From assembly GCA_964016885.1 (NCBI GenBank), contig OZ024744.1, positions 102,734,001 through 102,798,000 of the forward strand: a stretch of 64,000 bases of DNA, in the 5' to 3' direction. The notes beneath the pieces were generated by a model. The model was not told where the DNA came from, ran no database searches, and saw only the letters and a program-made list of their open reading frames with translations. Shown here piece by piece: positions 25,499 through 35,434 of this stretch. The stretch is from Eledone cirrhosa (Eukaryota). The position numbers and the translations under genes are program-made. How positions within the stretch are numbered: position 1 is the stretch's first letter; each line of letters begins with the position of its first letter.

Positions 25499-25519
25499 CC
25501 ACTCTATTAGAAGTTATAG

Positions 25520-28378
25520 ACCATACTATATACTTTCTACTTTTCAAATATATACTATATACTTTCTACCTTTCAAATATATACTATATACCATACTATA
25601 TACTTTCTACATTTCAAATATATACTATTAGCAGTGGTACCCGGCGTTGCACGGGATAAGGTATTTGGGAATACGAGCCGCCAACAGGCCTATCGTGGAA
25701 AAACTGCATGCCTGGACAATATGTAAAGAAAATAAACCGAATACTCTGATGGCTGGATAATCTTTAAGATTTTCCTCGATGAAGCAGGAAAAATGCAGGT
25801 TTTCTCCTAATGGATTAAGAAAATGAATTTTTTTATGTGCATAATATGCCTTGAAATTTCGGGAAAATCGGCTAGACGTAACGCCTCAAAAAAGCCCTAA
25901 AGAGCTGAAAAAAAAAAAATGAAGTTTTTCACCTAATGCAGTTTAATTTGTTATGTGCATAACACTCCCTGAAACATAAGTAATACACATGTAAAGTTTG
26001 AAAAAAATCGGTTGGGTACTTTTCGAGTTTTAGGGATTCAAACTCACAGGCAGACATCCTCAGTTTTATATATATAGATATACTTTCTACCTTTCAAATA
26101 TATACTATGTACAATACTATATACGTTTTACCTTTCAAATATATACTATATACCACACTATATACTTTCTACCTTTCAAATATAAACTATATACCCCACT
26201 ATATACGTTTTACCTTTCAAATATATACTATATACCACACTATATACTTTCTACCTTTCAAATATAAACTATATACCCCACTATATACTTTCTACCTTTC
26301 AAATATAAACTATATACCACACTATATACTTTCTACCTTTCAAATATAAACTATATACCCCACTATTTACTTTCTACCTTTTAAATATAAACTGTATACC
26401 CCACTATTTACTTTCTACCTTTCAAATATAAACTACATACCACACTATTTACTTTCTACCTTTCAAATATAAACTACATACAACACTATTTACTTTCTAC
26501 CTTTCAAATATAAACTACATACAACACTATTTACTTTCTACCTTTTAAGTATAAACTGTATACCACACTATATACTTTCTACCTTTCAAATATAAACTAC
26601 ATACCACACTATTTACTTTCTACCTTTCAAATATAAACTACATACAACACTATTTACTTTCTACCTTTCAAATATAAACTGTATACCACACTATTTACTT
26701 TCTATCTTTCAAATAAATACTATATACCCCACTATTTACTTTCTACCTTTTAAATATATACTGTATACCCCACTATTTACTTTCTACCTTTAAAATATAA
26801 ACTATATACCACACTATATACTTTCTACCTTTAAAATATAAACTATATACTTTCTACCTTTCAAATATATACTATATACCCCACTATATACTTTCTACCT
26901 TTCAAATATAAACTATATACCCCACTATTTACTTTCTACCTTTCAAATATATACTATATACCCCACTATTTACTTTCTACCTTTCAAATATATACTATGT
27001 ACAATACTATATACGTTTTACCTTTCAAATATATACTATATACCACACTATATACTTTCTACCTTTCAAATATATACTATATACCACACTATATACTTTC
27101 TACCTTTCAAATATATACTATATACCACACTATATACTTTCTCCCTTTCAAATATATACTATATACCCCACTATTTACTTTCTACCTTTAAAATATAAAC
27201 TATATACAACACTATTTACTTTCTACCTTTTAAGTATAAACTATATACCACACTATTTACTTTCTACCTTTCAAATATAAACTATATACCACACTATATA
27301 CTTTCTACCTTTCAAATATAAACTGTATACCACACTATTTACTTTCTCCCTTTCAAATATAAACTATATACCACACTATTTACTTTCTACCTTTTAAGTA
27401 TAAACTATATACCCCACTATATACTTTCTACCTTTCAAATATATACTATATACCACACTATTTACTTTCTACTTTTCAAATATAAACTATATACAACACT
27501 ATTTACTTTCTACCTTTTAAGTATAAACTATATACCCCACTATTTACTTTCTACCTTTCAAATATAAACTATATACCCCACTATTTACTTTCTACCTTTC
27601 AAATATAAACTATATACCACACTATTTACTTTCTACCTTTTAAGTATAAACTGTATACCCCACTATTTACTTTCTACCTTTCAGATATAAACTATATACC
27701 ACACTATTTACTTTCTACCTTTCAAATATATACTATATACCACACTATATACTTTCTACCTTTCAAATATATACTATATACCACACTATTTACTTTCTAC
27801 CTTTTAAGTATAAACTATATACAACACTATTTACTTTCTACCTTTCAAATATATACTATATACAACACTATATACTTTCTACCTTTTAAATATAAACTGT
27901 ATACCCCACTATTTACTTTCTACCTTTCAAATATAAACTATATACCACACTATATACTTTCTACCTTTCAAATATAAACTATATACCACACTATATACTT
28001 TCTCCCTTTCAAATATAAACTATATACCACACTATTTACTTTCTACCTTTCAAATATAAACTATATACCACACTATATACTTTCTCCCTTTCAAATATAA
28101 ACTATATACCACACTATTTACTTTCTACCTTTCAAATATAAACTATATACCACACTATATACTTTCTCCCTTTCAAATATAAACTATATACCACACTATT
28201 TACTTTCTACCTTTCAAATATAAACTATATACCACACTATATACTTTCTACCTTTCAAATATATACTATATACCACACTATATACTTTCTACCTTTCAAA
28301 TATAAACTATATACCACACTATTTACTTTCTACCTTTTAAATATAAACTGTATACCACACTATTTACTTTCTATCTTC
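25520..28378. repeat. 41-bp satellite/minisatellite, about 55-60 copies, interrupted by a Helitron
   Basis: Unit ccacactatatactttctacctttcaaatatatactatata, with point variants; the + strand is almost free of G. Confidence 0.95.
25628..26078 (-). mobile_element. Non-autonomous Helitron inserted in the satellite
   Basis: On the minus strand: 5' TCTATATATATAAAAC, 3' hairpin cccgtgcaacgccggg then taccactgCTAA. Inserted between A and T of a satellite unit with no TSD. Confidence 0.8.
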
Positions 28379-29112
28379 CAAATCTCATATTTAGGAGAGG
28401 AAAAGAAAGATTTACCCTAAAATCTATTTATTCAGTTTCTAAAATGACCTCTCTCTGCTTTTTTAAACTCCGACTGTTAACCAACGCTAAAAAGTACCTG
28501 GTATGAAATAACAAAACATCTTATATTTACAATGTTTGAATAAAACCCAACATTTAAATTCTTTATATACATTAGGCTGTTACCCGTTTAAAATTATGTA
28601 GAATTTAATTTGATGAATCTTTACCTAATCATCTGTCTTGGATAGAAATGTTTTTGTGTGCATGCAATAAATCTGACCACGAAACTCGCTGGGAATTGTA
28701 TTTCACGTTTCAGTAGGAGAATATTTTTAAAAGAAAAAGCATTAAAAAAGTTGGCACTACAACGCTATTAGCTGTCAGTCCAAGCAGCCGATGGAAACAG
28801 GCGAAGGTGACGTCACTCGTCAAACATCGTTTATTTCCGTATTACTACCACGCGTAAGTAGAGTTTTCACGCGTTTTTTTTGGAGAGAGAGAGGGAAGGC
28901 TTAAAAGGGCCAAATTAGAAAACAAGTCATGGTTATAAAACATATCGATGTAAGTGGAGTTACTTAAATGAAAATATATGTGGCCCTTAAAAGGGCCAAA
29001 TTAGAAAACAAGTCATGGTTATCAAATAAATTTGATTTATTCATTTATATTTTCATTATTCACCAACCTTATTTAAAAGCATGTTTAGAAATATTTTTTT
29101 CACAAACCTTAT

Positions 29113-29990
29113 TCAAATGCATGGAATCTGATGACGGATATGTTCTAATAACTTTTGGAAAATTTCTCCTTTAAATTCATACCGCCACATGAATTCAATG
29201 AGGTGGGTTTGAAGCAAATTTCTGGCTGTCCCGTTTTCCCTTTTATTCCTATTTTTTACGTGTTTCCACAAGCATTCTATGTGATTCGTTGTGGCAAATG
29301 TTACTGGATCAACAAAATTGATCGAATGGTTCACCGTCAAATGTTGATAGCCTAGCTGATCGATCGTATTATAGGAACGCCATAGATCAGATATTATGGT
29401 TGTCCCTGGCAATATACGATCCTGTATAATGGTTAAAAGTGTCTCCGCTGTCCTGTCTTCTACTGCTACTAAAATACATCTTCTGGTACTTCTTTCCAAA
29501 GCACCAAAAACCCACTGTGTTTTCACAGAATGGCCACGATGGTATTTCCTTCTCACGAATGCGCTTTCATCAATCTCGACAATTCGGTTTGGCCCGCCAA
29601 GCTTAATGTTTTGTGCCACATAGTACTCTGCACATACATCACGGCAAACATTTCGCCAATCTGCTACGGCCACATTCGCGATACGACATTCCTCTGAAAT
29701 CTTCTTGGTTAAATCTTCTTTGGCCCAAAAATATAATATATCAACTATTTGTTCACACTTCAAATTGCTATTTTCTAATAGAAACCTGTTTTCTACATGG
29801 TCTTTTACACGACCAGATAATCCCATCTGACACATTTTGTTTCGCTACTTCCAACATAGGTTGACCACATGAAGGGCAGACCTTTCGTGTATTCAGAAGT
29901 CCTTGAATTTTCAACCAATTGACGATATCTGCTGTAGTAGCGGTAGCGATGGTTAATTCCCTTAACACTTGGATATATTATAGAATTCAT
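29113..29990 (-). pseudogene. Merlin/ISXO2 (IS1595-family-like) DDE transposase, left arm
   Basis: N-terminal CPSC...WSC..C zinc ribbon, then GGPNRIVEIDES, WVFG, IISDLWRSY, VNHS, TNHIECLW, HLIEFMWR. Frameshift at QVSIRK*. Confidence 0.92.
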
Positions 29991-30766
29991 CTTTCAACTT
30001 GCAGATGCGTGTATTATCACAAAGTGAAGATTAAAGTTTATTTATTTACACGTGGTGTTGGTGGTGTTGGTGATGATTGTTGCTGATTGGTGGGGATTGT
30101 CGCTTGTCTCCATGGGCACTGTATCCATGCTTTTGAATAAGGTTGGTGAAAATAATTTGTTTTCTAAACATTTATTCATAAATATATAGGGTTGGTGAAA
30201 ACATTTGATAACCATAATTTGGCCCTTTTAAGGGCCACCTATATTTTCATTTAAGTTAACTCCACTGTTGGTGAAAATGACTTGTTTGTTTATATTGATA
30301 ACCATAACTATGAAAATATGTGACGTCATTCGTCAACCTTCCCCTACTTCTTTACAGTTCATGGTATTAGCTGTCAGACAGTTCATGGTATTAGCTGTCA
30401 GAAGAGAAAGTAGGGGAAGGTTGACGAATGACGTCACATATTTTCATAGTTATGGTTATCAATATAAAAAAACAAGTCATTTTCACCAACAGTGGAGTTA
30501 ACTTAAATGAAAATATAGGTGGCCCTTAAAAGGGCCAAATTATGGTTATCAAATGTTTTCACCAACCCTATATGTTTATGAATAAATGTTTAGAAAACAA
30601 ATTATTTTCACCAACCTTATTCAAAAGCATGGATACAGTGCCCATGGAGACAAGCGACAATCCCCACCAATCAGCAACAATCATCACCAACACCACCAAC
30701 ACCACGTGTAAATAAATAAACTTTAATCTTCACTTTGTGATAATACACGCATCTGCAAGTTGAAAG

Positions 30767-31630
30767 ATGAATTCTATAACATATCCAAGTGTTAAGGGAA
30801 TTAACCATCGCTACCGCTACTACAGCAGATATCGTCAATTGGTTGAAAATTCAAGGACTTCTGAATACACGAAAGGTCTGCCCTTCATGTGGTCAACCTA
30901 TGTTGGAAGTAGCGAAACAAAATGTGTCAGATGGGATTATCTGGTCGTGTAAAAGACCATGTAGAAAACAGGTTTCTATTAGAAAATAGCAATTTGAAGT
31001 GTGAACAAATAGTTGATATATTATATTTTTGGGCCAAAGAAGATTTCAGAGGAATGTCGTATCGCGAATGTGGCCGTAGCAGATTGGCGAAATGTTTGCC
31101 GTGATGTATGTGCAGAGTACTATGTGGCACAAAACATTAAGCTTGGCGGGCCAAACCGAATTGTCGAGATTGATGAAAGCGCATTCGTGAGAAGGAAATA
31201 CCATCGTGGCCATTCTGTGAAAACACAGTGGGTTTTTGGTGCTTTGGAAAGAAGTACCAGAAGATGTATTTTAGTAGCAGTAGAAGACAGGACAGCAGAG
31301 ACACTTTTAACCATTATACAGGATCGTATATTGCCAGGGACAACCATAATATCTGATCTATGGCGTTCCTATAATACGATCGATCAGCTAGGCTATCAAC
31401 ATTTGACGGTGAACCATTCGATCAATTTTGTTGATCCAGTAACATTTGCCACAACGAATCACATAGAATGCTTGTGGAAACACGTAAAAAATAGGAATAA
31501 AAGGGAAAACGGGACAGCCAGAAATTTGCTTCAAACCCACCTCATTGAATTCATGTGGCGGTATGAATTTAAAGGAGAAATTTTCCAAAAGTTATTACAA
31601 CATATCCGTCATCAGATTCCATGCATTTGA
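30767..31630 (+). pseudogene. Merlin/ISXO2 DDE transposase, right arm
   Basis: Same protein as the left arm with the same frameshift, plus an extra 14-bp deletion near 31040. Confidence 0.92.
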
Positions 31631-32399
31631 ATAAGGTTGGTGAAAAAAATGTTTCTAAACATGCTTTTAAATAAGGTTGGTGAATAATGAAAATATAAAT
31701 GAATAAATCAAATTTATTTGATAACCATGACTTGTTTTCTAATTTGGCCCTTTTAAGGGCCACATATATTTTCATTTAAGTAACTCCACTTACATCGATA
31801 TGCTTTATAACCATGACTTGTTTTCTAATTTGCCCCTTTTAAGCCTTCCCTCTCTCTCCCCCTCCCCCTCTCTCTCCTCTTCCCCACTCACCCCTCTCTC
31901 GCTCCAAAAAAACGAGTGAAAACTCCACTTATACGTGGTAGTAATACGGAAATAAACGATGTTTGACGAGTGACGTCACCTTCGCCTGTTTCCGTCGGCT
32001 GCTTGGACTGACAGCTAATAGCGTTGTAGTGCCAAAAAGTCAAATCCCATTATTTGACACGAAGCCATTCTGATACTCATATAATATATGAAGAATTTTA
32101 TTGTTTATAATTCTTACAGAATGAAAATATAAACACCTATAATACAATTGCTACTTCATAGTTGCACAAACAACATTACAAATCGTTTGCAATTCCTTCA
32201 GAATGAAAATATAAACAGAGCATATAAATAAATTTACAGTAGAATAACATAACAAATGTTTTAAATATATACATAAATAACACTACAAATGCTTAGATAA
32301 CATTATAAATTACTCGCGATTCTTTCAGAAGGATATATTCCTTTAATGTTGCAATATTAAAGAAAATGTAAAAGAAGGGGTGAACAACGGAGCCAACAC

Positions 32400-33082
32400 C
32401 AGAGCAAAAGACAGCAACGTCGCGAGGAGTACCGGGCAACCTCTCTAATGATTTTTGAGGCAAGTCAGCACTCGCAGCGTTGCCTTGGGTGATGGCGAGG
32501 CTGATGCGCTGAAACAGTCAAGCACGCTCGCGAGATTCGCCAGTCACCTCTATTAGGCGAGCCGCCAGTGAGGAAAGGAACCTCGCAGTCAGCGGCCCGA
32601 CTCCCCTAAACATCTTGAAAGTCACAGGCTGAAAAATGTAGCTGGCCGACAGATCAGAGTATTTGAGGGTCTTACTCCGCTCGGCTGCAGAAGCTGTGGC
32701 TCTCGTCCTAACCGCAGCATCCAGGATGTGGGAAAGAGCAAAGGAGTCACTAACAGTGACGTCCCACACAAGGCACCTGCCTCTCGACCAGAGGCACAGG
32801 GTAAGACCGTCAGGTCTTTTGCCGACACGTCTGAACAACCCAGATGATTCCAAGAGTAAGGGGATATTCGCCCGGGCCAAAGCTCTCTTCAAAATGAGGT
32901 TTAGCTCCGTGTGACGCGCGAAGCGGCCGGCAAGAAAGACCGTGGAGGCCTGTAGAGTCAAGGAGTTTACCGCATCGGCACCTCAAACCCATGCAGACGT
33001 CGGCTCCCACTCTGAAGGCGATGGAGACACGAAGTTCGTCCAGGCTGAGTAGGCCACCAACGTTGGCCACGGGTAGGGCATT
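32400..33082 (-). mobile_element. 5'-truncated CRE-like non-LTR retrotransposon: zinc knuckle and restriction-like endonuclease
   Basis: CRCG..LD..GLHGLSC, RH.ELN, KRPDGLTL..WSRGRCLVWDVTV, K..KY, FQRISLAITQGNA. Confidence 0.85.
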
Positions 33083-33291
33083 TAATTAAAAATAAAAGTG
33101 ATTTCAAATTGAATAACCGAGCGTTAGGGTTAGGGTCCCAGTCCGCCACCATTTACCTTCAATTTAAATATATTGCTTGCTTTGTAAAGCAAAACAATTT
33201 TTACCACTACTTGTCGAGTGATTTAGTGGATATGCAGTGTTGTTGGTGTTGTCTAATTTCTGAAGCCAGAGAGACAACTTTCTTTTATATA

Positions 33292-33928
33292 CTAGCCGAG
33301 GTACCCAGATTTGCCCGGGTAAACAGTTAAGAGAAGACACGTAGAAAAGAAAATAACTATTGGATGTGATGTCTGGTTTACAGTATGAGGCGAGACTATG
33401 GTGTGTACGTTTGACAAAATAAAACAGTCAAAAATCTTCCAGATACACCATATTCTTCGTTTTATCGTTCATGCATAGTATATGAATATTTTTAGGTATT
33501 CCCAAAAGTAAACAACCTACATATAACTGTCCATGGGTAAAAAGTGATTCAATCCTACAACTATGAGACAGACCCCGAATTGTATTTATAATCATAGCAA
33601 AACTGGCTCTAACAGAGAATTTGAAAGGCAGCTTGGTAGAGAAAGGGATGAGAAGATTCTTGGAATAAATTCATTTCTCCTTGATGATTGCCTCCAAGGA
33701 CCTTTAGGAGATGGTTCATCATCCGCCAGACTGTTAAGCGTGTGACGTTACATAGACGTGGCGGGTCAAGGTTTCTCAAAAAGATGATGGCAGTTTCAAT
33801 CTTTTATATCAGTGGTAAAAAACTCTCAGGAACACTGGACAACAGAAGGTCTTCAGAGAAGAAACTCACCTCTTAACTTCTTACACTCTAAGGGCCTAGA
33901 CCACATCCATGTCTCTTATATATATAAA
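33292..33928 (-). mobile_element. Non-autonomous Helitron
   Basis: Minus-strand 3' end acccgggcaaatctgggt-acctcgg-CTAG|t; 5' end a|tttatatatataagagac (TC terminus degenerate). Confidence 0.65.
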
Positions 33929-34163
33929 TGTAAACCAGTATTTGAACCCACGGAGACGTTGACCATGAAACACGAACATCTCTAACGCAGAGAGAATCAC
34001 TTATGGTTGTCTCTCAGTCTGCTAGAAATGGCAGTTGAGTTGGTTAACATACCAGGGATGTTTTTCTTCTTCTTTGATGTTATAAAATGAGTATAACCTT
34101 ATTTTATTGCAGTACTTACTTTTCGATTGTCAGTTTTCGTTTTTTTGTGATGCACGAAGACAA

Positions 34164-34648
34164 TGTAGCGGCCCCTTACGGCTGTAACTCAACACGTATA
34201 GGAGTTGCGTCCCTTTGCGACTCCCAGTGGCAGATACGTATAGGAGTTGCGTCCCTTTGTGACGGTCGCAACTCTCTGTGGCAGATCCATGTACTAAATG
34301 GAGTTGCGTCCCCCATGGGGACTATATATTTGAGGACAATCAAGGCATAACTCTCTCGCATCCTGAACTTCGAAGGAACAAGAAGAACACCTCAGATCTT
34401 GTCAAGAGATGACTCCTGTTTCACTTCCTGCGCCGGCAGCCTAAAGAAACACTTGAATCTTACCAAGAGAAGATTTCTGTTCTTCTCTACACACTCTAGT
34501 CTGGGAGTTGTGACCAACTGAACATCAACATGTGGTAACAATTATTTATATTAATTTATTTGACTTCTGTGAAGTAAAACCATGTCACAACTCTCACCTG
34601 CATTTATTGTCATTGATAATATATATGCACTGATACTAATATCCTAAA
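34164..34648 (+). repeat. 5' LTR of Gypsy element 2
   Basis: TGTAGCGG...ATCCTAAA; three ggagttgcgtccc repeats upstream of a TATA-like ctatatattt. Confidence 0.95.
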
Positions 34649-35189
34649 TTGGTGACCTGACGTTTAAAAAAAAAAGAATGGGAAATAGTACCATGTGTAT
34701 ATAAAAAAAAAGAGAAGAAAAAAAACATGTAATATAGAACACACTTGATTCTGATATGGCTGTATTGACCGATCTAAACATATTTCTCTGTAAGACTTAA
34801 CATCAAACTCTTCATATGTGCAAAACGAACATCCAAATTATTTACACACAAACAGCAATTGTATGAATGTTTTTTCTTTTTTTTTCTCCTTTTCTTCTTT
34901 TCTCTGGCTAAAAAATTTGAGGATGACAAGATGGTGGCTTTCTTCTCTATCAATAGTGTTTTTGGCGTGAAATAGACCGCCATGTTGGTTTTAGTTTTAA
35001 ATTCCCTGCCTATACCTTGTTATAGACATCGCTCGGTTAGTCGCTCCTTTGTAAGTAGTCTTGGATGCATTCTTTTTCCTGTCCAGTTGTTTGACAGAGA
35101 AAAATAAGCGATTTTGTTTTCCTTTTCTGTTGTGTTGGAGACATTTTTCCAAACGGAGAGGATTTTTTTGCAGATTATCTACGGTATAA

Positions 35190-35434
35190 CAATGACATCT
35201 CACTCAGCCATTATGGCGATGCAGAAGTCCATTCAGGATCTCCAGAGGATGAAGGTCTGGTGTGGTGCCCATTCGCGCCCCCACAGCCGCGGGAGATCTC
35301 AATCTTTTAGACGCCGCTCCAAGTCACCAGCTTCATCTTTATGCTGGTACCATGAGCGATTCGCCGAGAACGCGAACCATTGCGTGCAACCTTGCTCGTT
35401 TCATAAGGCGGGAAACGCCAAAGAGGTCCGCTGA
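35190..35434 (+). pseudogene. gag: gag C-terminal remnant (RS-rich region and CHCC knuckle)
   Basis: RSKSPASSLCWYHERFAENANHCVQPC; no upstream capsid-like region. Confidence 0.8.

Larger units (their letters stand above)
28753..32033. mobile_element. Palindromic (head-to-head dimer) Merlin/ISXO2-type DNA transposon
   Basis: Two inverted arms of about 1.6 kb. Termini GGCACTACAACGCTATTAGCTGTCAG / CTGACAGCTAATAGCGTTGTAGTGCC. 8-bp TSD aaaaagtt / aaaaagtc. Confidence 0.92.

Noticed and set aside
29113-31630. Bacterial IS1595/ISXO2 contamination or recent horizontal transfer
   Set aside because: Eukaryotic Merlin transposases belong to the same DDE family. The element is AT-rich, has a TSD and is embedded among eukaryotic repeats.
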